DNA from: an uncultured Candidatus Saccharibacteria bacterium
Lineage (GTDB): Bacteria; Patescibacteriota; Minisyncoccia; Minisyncoccales; Staskawiczbacteraceae
Direction: 5' to 3'
Assembly: GCA_964362315.1 (NCBI GenBank)
Contig: CAYIDV010000001.1
Span: forward strand, 9,263-49,970
Length of the DNA: 40,708 nucleotides
Within the stretch, counting starts at the first letter, position 1. Every line of letters begins with the position of its first letter. The position numbers and the translations under genes were made by a program. The notes beneath the pieces are model-generated. The model was given only the letters and a program-made list of their open reading frames with translations, was not told the origin of the DNA and made no database searches. Below, piece by piece: positions 16,056-24,884 of the stretch.

Positions 16056-16126
16056 CACCCGCCCAAGTTTTTGTCCTTATGTGATTTCTATTTTATATGC
16101 GTACCAGACAAAAACTTGGGCGGGTG
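16056..16126. repeat. Hairpin with a perfect 20-bp stem and a 31-nt loop
   Basis: CACCCGCCCAAGTTTTTGTC (16056-16075) pairs with GACAAAAACTTGGGCGGGTG (16107-16126). It lies between the ComEA-like stop and the yebC start. Confidence 0.85.
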
Positions 16127-16140
16127 CTCCTTTCAGTCGC

Positions 16141-16860
16141 ATGTCAGGACATAGTCATTTTAGAACAATTAAAGCCCAAAAAGAATTGGCTGATGCAAAA
16201 AAGGGTAAAATATTTTCCAAACTGGCCAGGGTTATCACTATTACCGTTAAAGAAGGAGGAAACAACCCAGACACCAATTTAAAGCTCAAAACTGCCATAG
16301 AACAGGCAAAAGAGTTTAATATGCCTAAAGAAAACATTGAAAGGGCTATTAAAAAGGGTACAGGTGAGCTGGCTGGTGAACAGTTAGAAGAATTTTCTTT
16401 TGAAGGCTTTGGGCCCGGCGGCATTGCCATTATAATAGACGGGATAACAGACAACAAGAACAGAACTCTGGGAGAGATAAAAAGCATTTTAAGCCAATAT
16501 GAGGGCAAAATGGCCGGTACCGGGGCGGTAAAATGGATGTTTGATAGAAGGGGATTTATTGCCATAGATTGCCAAGGAAAATCAAAAGAAGAATTAGAAT
16601 TTTTAGCAATAGAAATTGGGGCAGAAGACGTTAAACAACAAGATACTATGCTTTATATTTATACCAAGCCAGAAGACTTAGAAAAAATAAAAAAAATCTT
16701 AGAAGAGAAGCAATTAAAAGTTGAGTCAGCATCATTAGATTGGATTGCCAAAGAAGAAATTGTGATAGATGACAAAAAAAGCCAAGCGGCTCAAAAACTT
16801 TTTGAGGCTTTAAATGAAAATGATGCCATACAAAACATTTATTCAAATCTAAAAGAGTAA
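16141..16860 (+). CDS. yebC: YebC/PmpR-family transcriptional regulator
   Basis: The family N-terminus MSGHSHFRTIKAQK begins at the ATG at 16141. The ORF-track GTG at 16081 would read through the hairpin. Confidence 0.93.
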   Translation: MSGHSHFRTIKAQKELADAKKGKIFSKLARVITITVKEGGNNPDTNLKLKTAIEQAKEFNMPKENIERAIKKGTGELAGEQLEEFSFEGFGPGGIAIIIDGITDNKNRTLGEIKSILSQYEGKMAGTGAVKWMFDRRGFIAIDCQGKSKEELEFLAIEIGAEDVKQQDTMLYIYTKPEDLEKIKKILEEKQLKVESASLDWIAKEEIVIDDKKSQAAQKLFEALNENDAIQNIYSNLKE

Positions 16861-16865
16861 CTATT

Positions 16866-17387
16866 ATGATTATCATAGGAATTGACCCAGGAAATGCCAT
16901 TACAGGATACGGAATCATTGAAACAAAATTCCCAAAAAATTTTGGTCAAAACAAAAATGAAAAGCCGAAAGTTCTTGACTTTGGTTGTATTGTCACTAAA
17001 GCTTCCTGGCCGGCAGCCGAAAGGTTGAAAGTAATACACGATGAAGTAAATAATTTAATTAAAAAACATAAACCAGACTTAATATCAATTGAAAATATCT
17101 ATTTTTTTAAAAACCTCAAGACCGCCATACCAGTTAGCCAGGCAAAAGGAGTTATCTTGTTGTCGGCAGCCAAAAAAAACATACCAATTTATGAATTTAC
17201 CCCCCTGCAAGTAAAAATGGCTGTTGTTGGTTATGGAAGGGCAGATAAAAAACAGATGCAAAAAATGGCAAAAGAGCTTTTAGATTTAAGTGCTTTTAAT
17301 TTGAAAGAAAAAAACAGAAAAAGAGACGATGCTGCAGATGCATTGGGAATAGCGCTCTGCGGTTTTCTTAAAAGAACGACTGTTTAA
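16866..17387 (+). CDS. ruvC: Crossover junction endodeoxyribonuclease RuvC
   Basis: The 173-aa product begins IIGIDPG...TGYGII and ends with DAADALGIALC. Confidence 0.93.
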   Translation: MIIIGIDPGNAITGYGIIETKFPKNFGQNKNEKPKVLDFGCIVTKASWPAAERLKVIHDEVNNLIKKHKPDLISIENIYFFKNLKTAIPVSQAKGVILLSAAKKNIPIYEFTPLQVKMAVVGYGRADKKQMQKMAKELLDLSAFNLKEKNRKRDDAADALGIALCGFLKRTTV

Positions 17388-17465
17388 TGTTAACTATGTA
17401 GAGGGGTAAAGGATTAAGCCGATGGAAGCTATTTTTTTAGATTTTCTCACACAGAGTTTTGTAAG

Positions 17466-17474
17466 TTATCCACA
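17466..17474 (+). promoter_or_regulatory. Perfect DnaA-box 9-mer TTATCCACA
   Basis: This is an exact match to the consensus, 21 nt upstream of a near-consensus -35 box. Confidence 0.45.
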
Positions 17475-17494
17475 ATTATCAGCTTTTGACGGGG

Positions 17495-17522
17495 TTGACA
17501 ATAGTTTTTGAAAAAATATAAT
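17495..17522 (+). promoter_or_regulatory. Near-consensus sigma-70-type promoter (TTGACA-16 nt-TATAAT)
   Basis: TTGACA lies at 17495-17500 and TATAAT at 17517-22. No annotated gene follows for about 340 nt. Confidence 0.45.
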
Positions 17523-17632
17523 AGGAACAAGTCCAACAGGTCTAATTATAAAGGTCTAATAATTTAAAATTTTCAAATTAAAAAATATTTTAACACATGG
17601 AAAAGGATTTTTTAAATCAACTCGTCAGCCAA

Positions 17633-17761
17633 AATGAAGATGACTTTGATGATAATGTGGATATGGATGACGATGATGGCACAGATAATGTAGAAGAAAA
17701 AGACGCTGATGAGAAAGAAGAAACGGACGATGATAATGAAATAGAGACAGAAGAGGAATAA
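17633..17761 (+). CDS. Possible 42-aa hyper-acidic micro-protein
   Basis: The ORF encodes MKIDFDDNVDMDDDDGTDNVEEKDADEKEETDDDNEIETEEE*. It lies between the promoter at 17495 and the terminator at 17788. I found no convincing SD, and the transcript could equally be a non-coding RNA. Confidence 0.25.
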   Translation, partial: NEDDFDDNVDMDDDDGTDNVEEKDADEKEETDDDNEIETEEE

Positions 17762-17787
17762 AACTAATTATAGAAAACTAATACCAA

Positions 17788-17813
17788 CAAAAGCCCTTTT
17801 AAAAGGGCTTTTG
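17788..17813 (+). terminator. Rho-independent terminator
   Basis: CAAAAGCCCTTTT|AAAAGGGCTTTTG is a palindrome followed by TTCTG. Confidence 0.6.
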
Positions 17814-17861
17814 TTCTGAATATTGCTTTTTATGATAAACTGAGTAAAATGAATATTCTTA

Positions 17862-20027
17862 TTGGTAAAAATGTTATTGGTAAAAATGTTTAAAGACAAA
17901 AAAGTTAAGATTTTATTGAAAATTTTAAAATATGCGGCTTTTTTATTTTTGGCCCTTATTGCTTTGGCGCTGATTTTGTTTTTCTACTATACTTGGAATC
18001 TGCCCAGACCGGAAAAGTTTGCCGAATCTCCTTTCATCCAATCAACTAAAATTTATGACCGGACAGGCAAGGTTCTTTTGTATGATATCTACGGAGAAGA
18101 AAAAAGAGAAATTGTTCCTTTTGACAAAATTTCAGACAATTTAAAAAAAGCTGCAGTAGCCGCTGAGGATGCCAGATTCTATCAGCATAAAGGTATAGAT
18201 TTTAAAGCACTGGCTAGGTCTATGTTGGTTAATCTAAAATTGAGATCGCCCAGCCAAGGAGGCTCTACGATAACTCAACAACTTATCCGTTCGGTTTATT
18301 TGACCAACCAAAAAACATTTGTTAGAAAGGTAAGGGAAATAGTCTTAAGTGTAGAAATAGAAAGAAGGTATAGCAAAGACCAAATTCTTGATTGGTACTT
18401 GAATAAAATTCCCTTTGGCCAAAATACCTATGGAGTCCAAGCAGCCAGCCAGACATATTTTAATAAGCCCTCATCTGACCTTACCTTAGCTCAAGCGGCT
18501 ATTTTGGTCGCCTTAATACCAGCCCCCAGCTACTACTCACCCTATGGATCTCACAAAGACCTTCTTTTGCAAAGAAAGGATCATATTTTAGAGCGAATGA
18601 AAGGCCTCGGTTATATCAATGACCAACAGTTGGTAGAAGCCAAAAAAGAAACAATTGGCCTCTCTGATGACTTGTATCCCATTAAAGCGCCTCATTTTGT
18701 AATGTATGTAAGACAGTATTTAGAAGACAAATACGGGCAAGACTTTTTAAAAGAAAAGGGGTTAAGGGTCTATACCACTTTAGATTGGGAATTACAAAAT
18801 TATGCTGAACAGGTAGTTAAAGAGGCTGACAAAATAAATGTGCAATTTGATGCTAATAACACGGCTTTGGTGGCAATTAACCCCAAAAACGGAGAGATTT
18901 TATCTTTAGTCGGCTCAAAAGATTACTTTGAAAAGTCCTATCCTGTAGGCTGCGACGAAAAACCTGGTGGCAGTTGTTTGTTTGACCCAAAATTTGACGT
19001 GGCAACTTTAGGCAAGCGCCAACCGGGGTCTGCTTTTAAACCTTTTGTCTATGCCACTGCCTTTAAAAAAGGTTACACGCCAGACACCATTTTATGGGAC
19101 GTTAAAACAGAATTTAATGCAAACTGCAACCCTCAGGCCGATCAAGAAAAAGATGAATATGGGGAAATCTGTTATCACCCCCAAGACTACGATGAAAAAT
19201 ATAGGGGTGCGGTTTCTTTAAGGAGTGCTCTGGCTCAATCCCTTAATATACCATCTGTAAAGCTTTTGTATTTGGCCGGGCTTAAAGACAGTTTAAAAAC
19301 AGCCAGAGATCTTGGCATAACCACCCTTAATGAACCAGACCGTTATGGATTATCTTTGGTATTGGGCGGTGGTGAGGTTAACTTACTGGAAATTACTTCT
19401 GGCTACGGAGCATTCGCCACTGAAGGGCTTAAAGTTTCCCCGGTAAGTATTATAAAAATAGAAGACAGTAATGGCAATGTAATTGAAAAAAATAATAAAG
19501 AATCCACCAAGGTTTTGGACACTCAGGCGGCAAGAATTATTAACGATATTCTATCAGATAACAATGCCAGAGCTCCGATGTTTTCTGCAAATAACGCCTT
19601 GCATTTTGATAACTATCAGGTTGCGGCTAAAACCGGCACCACCCAATACTTCAACGACGCCTGGACAATAGGCTATAGCCCTTCTTTTGTGGTTGGGGTA
19701 TGGGTTGGAAATAATGACAATTCTTCAACAAATAAAAAAACGGGTATTGGATTAGCCGCTCCTATTTGGAGAAGAATTATGGAGAAGTTGTTAACCCAAA
19801 ATCAAGCCGAAAGCTTCACCAAACCCGAGACTCCTCAGAGTGTAAATCCAATTTTATTGGGACAGCTACCACCAGACTCCCCGCCTCACAGTATTTTGCA
19901 TTATATCAACAAAACCAATCCCTTGGCTTCGCCGCCACAGAATCCCACCGACGAACAGATGTATATCTTTTGGGAGGAGGGAATAAAAAACTGGCTAAGC
20001 AGTAATAGTAGTAACGAAAATAAATAA
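17862..20027 (+). CDS. Class A penicillin-binding protein (transglycosylase + transpeptidase)
   Basis: GT51 motifs are AAEDARFYQHKGID and GGSTITQQL. Transpeptidase motifs are SAFKP, SLN and KTGT. The start may be the ATG at 17871 or 17886, because a perfect 15-nt tandem duplication covers the 5' end. Confidence 0.9.
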   Translation: MVKMLLVKMFKDKKVKILLKILKYAAFLFLALIALALILFFYYTWNLPRPEKFAESPFIQSTKIYDRTGKVLLYDIYGEEKREIVPFDKISDNLKKAAVAAEDARFYQHKGIDFKALARSMLVNLKLRSPSQGGSTITQQLIRSVYLTNQKTFVRKVREIVLSVEIERRYSKDQILDWYLNKIPFGQNTYGVQAASQTYFNKPSSDLTLAQAAILVALIPAPSYYSPYGSHKDLLLQRKDHILERMKGLGYINDQQLVEAKKETIGLSDDLYPIKAPHFVMYVRQYLEDKYGQDFLKEKGLRVYTTLDWELQNYAEQVVKEADKINVQFDANNTALVAINPKNGEILSLVGSKDYFEKSYPVGCDEKPGGSCLFDPKFDVATLGKRQPGSAFKPFVYATAFKKGYTPDTILWDVKTEFNANCNPQADQEKDEYGEICYHPQDYDEKYRGAVSLRSALAQSLNIPSVKLLYLAGLKDSLKTARDLGITTLNEPDRYGLSLVLGGGEVNLLEITSGYGAFATEGLKVSPVSIIKIEDSNGNVIEKNNKESTKVLDTQAARIINDILSDNNARAPMFSANNALHFDNYQVAAKTGTTQYFNDAWTIGYSPSFVVGVWVGNNDNSSTNKKTGIGLAAPIWRRIMEKLLTQNQAESFTKPETPQSVNPILLGQLPPDSPPHSILHYINKTNPLASPPQNPTDEQMYIFWEEGIKNWLSSNSSNENK

Positions 20028-20036
20028 AAGAGATTA

Positions 20037-21161
20037 CTATATAGATTTAATTGGCATTACTACATAAATATAGCTGGTGTCAGCCATTGGTTTTAAAATA
20101 CAGGGCCCATCTTCTTTGCTTATGGCAAATATGACCTCAGAGCTTTTGATATTTGAAAGTCCGTCTATTAAAAATTTGTAATTAAAAGAAATTTCTGCCG
20201 GATCTCCTTCTATTTTTGCTAAAAGGTTTGATTTATTTTGGCCAACGCTTGGATTTTGGGCAAAAATTTCAACTTGTTTGTTTTTCGGGTTTACTGAAAT
20301 TTTCACTTCGTTATTCCTGTTTGAAAATAGCGATGCTATTTTTATTTGGTTTAAAAATTCGTCTTTTTTTAACACGATATTGGTTTGAAATTTGTTTGGA
20401 ATAATGTCTTTGTAGTTTGGATAGTCGCCCTCAACCAATCGTGAGGTAATCTGAATTTGTGGATGCTTAATTTCTTTTAAAGGAAACTCACATAATACTT
20501 GATTTTCAGAAAAATATATTTTAAGCAAGCCTTCCTTATCTTCTAAAATACTTATAATTTCCCTGGCTGACTTTTGGGGTAAAATAAAAGAGCGTTCTTT
20601 ATTAACAGAATTTTCTAATATGATATTTTTTTCCGCCAATCTAAAACTGTCTGTGGCAGCAATGGTGACGGTGTTTTTGGAAAACGAAAAATAAATGCCA
20701 GAAATTTCCGGTCTTGTCGTTGACTGGTAAGCAATATTAACTACCTGAGAGATGCCTTGGCAAAATCTTTTATTGTCAATCTCTAAAACTTCTAATTCTT
20801 TAAATTCTGGAATAATAGGAAATTCTTCTGGGTCGTATCCTTGAATCTGGGTTTTAAAGTTTTGACACTCAATATGAAGATTTTGCCCCTTTACTTCAAT
20901 TGCAATTTTTTCATCGGGCAGAGAAGAAATAAAATTAGAAAGAAATTTTACTGGAATAACCGCTTTTCCTTTTTTAATAACTTTTGTTAAAATCCATAAC
21001 CTAATAACCGTTTCTAAATCAGTAGAAATTAAATTTAAAAAACTATCTTCCGTGTTTATTAATACATTATCTAAAATCGGCAAAGATAAATTTTTACCAA
21101 TATTTTTTTCTACCACACTAAGACCGGATTTTAAATTTTCCTTCAAAATTTCCAACTTCAT
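20037..21161 (-). CDS. dnaN: DNA polymerase III beta sliding clamp
   Basis: The product is 374 aa, sits downstream of dnaA, and has a three-domain clamp-like sequence. Confidence 0.93.
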   Translation of the reverse strand: MKLEILKENLKSGLSVVEKNIGKNLSLPILDNVLINTEDSFLNLISTDLETVIRLWILTKVIKKGKAVIPVKFLSNFISSLPDEKIAIEVKGQNLHIECQNFKTQIQGYDPEEFPIIPEFKELEVLEIDNKRFCQGISQVVNIAYQSTTRPEISGIYFSFSKNTVTIAATDSFRLAEKNIILENSVNKERSFILPQKSAREIISILEDKEGLLKIYFSENQVLCEFPLKEIKHPQIQITSRLVEGDYPNYKDIIPNKFQTNIVLKKDEFLNQIKIASLFSNRNNEVKISVNPKNKQVEIFAQNPSVGQNKSNLLAKIEGDPAEISFNYKFLIDGLSNIKSSEVIFAISKEDGPCILKPMADTSYIYVVMPIKSI

Positions 21162-21362
21162 TAGTTAATATAATAATTAATCTTTATAGTAGTTGTTATT
21201 AATGTTAATAATTGTTAAAAAAATAAATTTTTTATACTTATTTCCACCTATTTTTTAAAAGTAATAAACTGTTAATAATATAGATTATAATTATAGAAAT
21301 AATATGTTTGGATTTTTATAACATTCTTTTATTTATTTTTAATAAATAGTTTATTATATGAG
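21162..21362. other. Extremely AT-rich dnaA-dnaN spacer; candidate oriC / DNA-unwinding element
   Basis: The 201-bp spacer is almost devoid of G/C. An 8/9 DnaA box, TTATCCACT, at 21363-21371 overlaps the dnaA stop. The position is canonical. Confidence 0.4.
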
Positions 21363-22721
21363 TTATCCACTATATACCCTCTGTTTTATTAAACTTAATT
21401 CTTCTGTTAATTTATTATTCTCTTCACTTTCTTGTAGTATTTTTTTGTAAGCGTAAATAACAGTAGTGTGGTCTTTGTTGCCGAATTTTCTAGCAATAGA
21501 AGGGAAAGAATACTTTAGCTCTTTTCTTAGTAAAAACATTGCGATCTGTCTTGGTTTGACAATTTCTTTTCTTCTGGTTGGATCAAAAAGATTTTTTTCT
21601 TCTAAGTTGTAAAATTTAGCAACAGTCTCAATTATTTTTTTGTAATTAGCCACATTAAAGGGAGAAAAAACATAGCTCTTTAATAATTTTTTGACCACTT
21701 CCAAGTCGGGCACACTGTTATTGGTTTTATAATAAATTAACAGACCATTAAGAGCTCCTTCTAATTCTCTAATATTTTTTTTGACATTAGAGGCTATATA
21801 TTCCAAAATATCTTCTGGTAATTTTAAGTTTTTTTCCTGAAGCTTTGTTTTTAATATTACCAGTCTTGTTTCGTAATCGGGCAAATTGACGTCGGCAATC
21901 ATACCCCCCTCAAATCTTGACCTTAGTCTTTCTTCTAATTCTGGTATGGCATTGGGAGGCCTATCTGATGAAAGAATAATCTGCTTGTTTTTTTCGTACA
22001 AAGAGTTAAAGACATGGAAAAATTCTTCTTGCGACTTATTTTTGCCGGCAAAAAATTGGACGTCGTCTACAATTAAAACGTCAATAGGAGACAAGCTGGC
22101 CTTAAAAGACTCCATACTTTTAGTCCTGATAGCTGAGATAATATTGGAAACAAATTTTTCAGAAGAAATATATTTTACCCTCTTTTTTTTGAGATTACTA
22201 TTTATTTTATTGCCAACCGCTTGTATTAAATGAGTTTTACCTAATCCCACTCCACCATAAATAAATAGCGGATTGTAGGCGTTGCCAGGATTTTCTGAAA
22301 CTGCCAAACTGGCTGCATGGGCTAGTTCATTAAATGAGCCTACGACAAAGTTCTCAAACAAATAACGAGGATTAAGATTGGTTTCTTTATTGACTTTAAA
22401 TTCATCAAATTTTAATTGTTCCGCATTTATTTTTTCCTCCTCTAAAGTCCTTTTTACCACCAGGTTTTTTAATGACTGGGGGTTAATGGTAAACTCTAAC
22501 CCTTTAACGCTACTGTCTATATCATAAAATGTTTTAAGCATTAATTTATAGTATTTATTACTTAGCCACTCTTTGGAAAAAGCATTGGGCACGGAAATTA
22601 CTATTTTGCCGTCTTCTTTTGAGATAATCTCAGTATTTTGAAACCAGGTAGCAAAATTTGCCTTAGAGATACAAAGCTGCATCTGGGCCAGAACCGATTG
22701 CCAAAGTTCATTATTATTCAT
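21363..22721 (-). CDS. dnaA: Chromosomal replication initiator DnaA
   Basis: The 452-aa product has the Walker A GGVGLGKTHL, the Walker B LIVDDVQF, and the C-terminal DNA-binding domain (FGNKDHTTVIYAYKKI). Confidence 0.97.
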   Translation of the reverse strand: MNNNELWQSVLAQMQLCISKANFATWFQNTEIISKEDGKIVISVPNAFSKEWLSNKYYKLMLKTFYDIDSSVKGLEFTINPQSLKNLVVKRTLEEEKINAEQLKFDEFKVNKETNLNPRYLFENFVVGSFNELAHAASLAVSENPGNAYNPLFIYGGVGLGKTHLIQAVGNKINSNLKKKRVKYISSEKFVSNIISAIRTKSMESFKASLSPIDVLIVDDVQFFAGKNKSQEEFFHVFNSLYEKNKQIILSSDRPPNAIPELEERLRSRFEGGMIADVNLPDYETRLVILKTKLQEKNLKLPEDILEYIASNVKKNIRELEGALNGLLIYYKTNNSVPDLEVVKKLLKSYVFSPFNVANYKKIIETVAKFYNLEEKNLFDPTRRKEIVKPRQIAMFLLRKELKYSFPSIARKFGNKDHTTVIYAYKKILQESEENNKLTEELSLIKQRVYSG

Positions 22722-22829
22722 AATTATTTATTAATTTATTATTTATATTAATTTAAATCAATAGTATATTGTTTTTTATTGTTATTTGTTTGTCAAATTA
22801 AAATAAAATAAGAATGTATGTTATTAAAC

Positions 22830-22838
22830 TGTGGATAA
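22830..22838 (-). promoter_or_regulatory. Perfect DnaA box (TGTGGATAA on the plus strand) upstream of dnaA
   Basis: This is an exact consensus match in the dnaA-rpmH intergenic region. Confidence 0.5.
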
Positions 22839-23031
22839 ACTGTGTGATTTATTTTTACACAGACGCATAATAATAAAATTAAAATTTCTGAGATTTGAAT
22901 TTTTGGTTTATTTATATTATACTAACCATATTATAATTATGAAAGAGGCAGGAATAGAAAAATACAATTTTTCTATTCCTGCCCAATTATTAGTTATATT
23001 TTTTATATATAATTCAAATATTTAGATCATG

Positions 23032-23165
23032 CCCCGTTAGAAATTTTGATAAAAATGGAAAATTAACGAGGTAAGATTTAATTTTATGAAATAATACTTA
23101 GAAATTAGTACACAAAGATTTATTTTTTTAAAAAAATAAATCTTTGCCCTAAATTTCTAACGGGG
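23032..23165. mobile_element. 134-bp MITE-like element with 15-nt terminal inverted repeats CCCCGTTAGAAATTT / AAATTTCTAACGGGG
   Basis: The arms at 23032-23046 and 23151-23165 pair perfectly. There is an internal perfect 34-nt palindrome at 23113-23146. The same termini occur inside comM (39811-39872). Confidence 0.55.
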
Positions 23166-23166
23166 T

Positions 23167-23301
23167 ATGAGCTTTACTTATAATCCCAAAAAGAAAAAAA
23201 GGAAAAAAACACACGGTTTTTTGAGTCGTAAAAAAAGCAAAACCGGTAGACGAGTTATTAAACAAAGAAGAAGAAAAGGAAGAAAAAAGCTTACTGTCTA
23301 A
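23167..23301 (+). CDS. rpmH: 50S ribosomal protein L34
   Basis: Hand translation gives MSFTYNPKKKKRKKTHGFLSRKKSKTGRRVIKQRRRKGRKKLTV*. It is too short for the ORF track, and it sits at the canonical position before rnpA. Confidence 0.9.
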   Translation: MSFTYNPKKKKRKKTHGFLSRKKSKTGRRVIKQRRRKGRKKLTV

Positions 23302-23305
23302 ATTT

Positions 23306-23638
23306 ATGTTGCCAAGGATAAATAGATTAACCAAGAAAAAAGATTTCCAAGCAGTTTTTCAGAAAGGAAAAAGCATAAAATACGACTTTTTATTATGCAA
23401 AACATTAAAAAATAATTTAAAAAAAAGCCGTTTTGGTTTTATTGTCAGTAAGAAGGTTTCCAACAAAGCCGTTCAAAGGAACAAAATTAAAAGAAGATTA
23501 AGAAAAGCAGTGTTAGATAATCTGAAAGAAATTAAAGGTTCAAAGGACGTTATTTTTATTGCCTTGCCCCCAATAAAGGAAAAGAATTTTTTGCAAATAC
23601 AAGAAGTAGTTGCCAAACTTTTTAAGAATATAAATTAA
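23306..23638 (+). CDS. rnpA: Ribonuclease P protein component
   Basis: The 110-aa basic product begins LPRINRLTKKKDFQAVF and follows rpmH. Confidence 0.9.
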   Translation: MLPRINRLTKKKDFQAVFQKGKSIKYDFLLCKTLKNNLKKSRFGFIVSKKVSNKAVQRNKIKRRLRKAVLDNLKEIKGSKDVIFIALPPIKEKNFLQIQEVVAKLFKNIN

Positions 23639-23643
23639 AAAAG

Positions 23644-24369
23644 ATGTTCAGTTTTTTAATAAATATTTTTGATATTTTTTTATATCGTCCACTCTTTAAT
23701 TTCTTGGTTTTATTGTATAACTATTTGCCAAATCATGATTTCGGGCTGGCAGTTATTTTGCTAACAATAATTATAAGATTCATTCTTTATCCAATTTCGG
23801 TAAAGGCTTTTAACTCACAGAGAGTTCTGCAAAAACTACAGCCGCAGTTACAAGAAATACAAAGCAAATATAAAGGCGACAAAGAAAAACAGACTAAAGA
23901 AACTTTAGAGCTTTACCGCAGAGAAAAAATCAATCCTTTTAGCAGTTTGTTTTTGGTGATTGTCCAATTCCCCGTATTAATTGCCCTTTATAGGGTTTTT
24001 TGGTTGGGGTTAAAACCACAAGAGCTTGATCATTTATACAGCTTTGTCAAAAATCCAGGACTCATCAACCCTGTTTTTTTAAATTTAGTCAATCTATCTG
24101 AAATTCATAATTTATGGTTTGCGCTATTGGCAGGAGTTTTGCAGTTTTTCCAAACGAAAATGTTAGTACCCAACCCAAAAGACCATCCCGCCAAAACCAG
24201 AGACATCAGTTCAATAATGCAAAAACAAATGGTTTATTTTTTTCCAGTCATTACTGTGATAATACTTTATAACCTGCCATCAGCCCTATCTTTATACTGG
24301 ATAGTCAGCGGATTATTTTCAATAGTACAACAGTACTTTATAATCAGAAACAATGATAAATCAAAATGA
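23644..24369 (+). CDS. yidC: Membrane protein insertase YidC (short form)
   Basis: The 241-aa multi-pass product contains the conserved P...QP.....QE....KYK..D..K...E...LY...KINP. Confidence 0.9.
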   Translation: MFSFLINIFDIFLYRPLFNFLVLLYNYLPNHDFGLAVILLTIIIRFILYPISVKAFNSQRVLQKLQPQLQEIQSKYKGDKEKQTKETLELYRREKINPFSSLFLVIVQFPVLIALYRVFWLGLKPQELDHLYSFVKNPGLINPVFLNLVNLSEIHNLWFALLAGVLQFFQTKMLVPNPKDHPAKTRDISSIMQKQMVYFFPVITVIILYNLPSALSLYWIVSGLFSIVQQYFIIRNNDKSK

Positions 24370-24880
24370 AACTAAAGAAATCAAAAATATTACAGAAGAG
24401 TTATTGCAAAAAATGACAATGGACAATTTTAATGTAGAGTTAAAATCGTCTTTAATGAGTTCATCTAAAAAAAAGCTGTTAGAAAATGGCACCGACTTGG
24501 AGCTTGGAGAGCCGGAGGCCATTGATATAATTGATGTCAGTATAAAAATAAAAGAGCCACAGATTTTAATAGGCCAAAACGGCCAAACGTTATTGGGGCT
24601 GGAACGTATCTTGAGAATAATTTTGAGTAAAAAATTAAAAAAAACTTTTTACCTAAAATTAGATATCAACGACTATAAAAAGAAAAAAATTGAATATCTT
24701 AAAGAATTAGCCAGAGAATCGGCTAATGAAGTCTCTTTGACTAAAAAGAAAAAAATATTATCTCCTATGCCTGCCCATGAGAGACTCATTATCCATACGG
24801 AGTTGGCTCAAAGGCAAGATATCATTACAGAAAGCCAAGGAGAAGGTTCTCAGAGATACATAGTAATTTCTCCCCGTTAA
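24353..24880 (+). CDS. jag: Jag-like KH/R3H RNA-binding protein
   Basis: The 175-aa product follows yidC. It has a KH-like segment (IGQNGQTLLGLERIL) and an R3H region (ERLIIHTELAQRQDIITESQGEG). Confidence 0.8.
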   Translation: MINQNETKEIKNITEELLQKMTMDNFNVELKSSLMSSSKKKLLENGTDLELGEPEAIDIIDVSIKIKEPQILIGQNGQTLLGLERILRIILSKKLKKTFYLKLDINDYKKKKIEYLKELARESANEVSLTKKKKILSPMPAHERLIIHTELAQRQDIITESQGEGSQRYIVISPR

Positions 24881-24884
24881 ATCG

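Noticed and set aside
16081-16140. A GTG-initiated 20-codon N-terminal extension of YebC, as in the ORF track
   Set aside because: The extension would be translated through the right arm of the 20-bp hairpin. The family N-terminus MSGHSHF begins exactly at the ATG at 16141.
17861-17890. A perfect 15-nt tandem duplication (ATTGGTAAAAATGTT twice) at the 5' end of the PBP gene
   Set aside because: It is real, but it only creates alternative in-frame start codons ahead of the membrane anchor. It is probably a trivial slippage event without further significance.
22831-23025. 64-aa ORF in the dnaA-rpmH intergenic region
   Set aside because: It starts on a DnaA box, runs through an AT-rich spacer and a hairpin, has no SD and has an Ile/Phe/Tyr-rich composition. 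It is most likely non-coding origin or promoter DNA.
23149-23334. 61-aa minus-strand ORF
   Set aside because: It is antisense to rpmH (L34), which is unmistakable on the plus strand.
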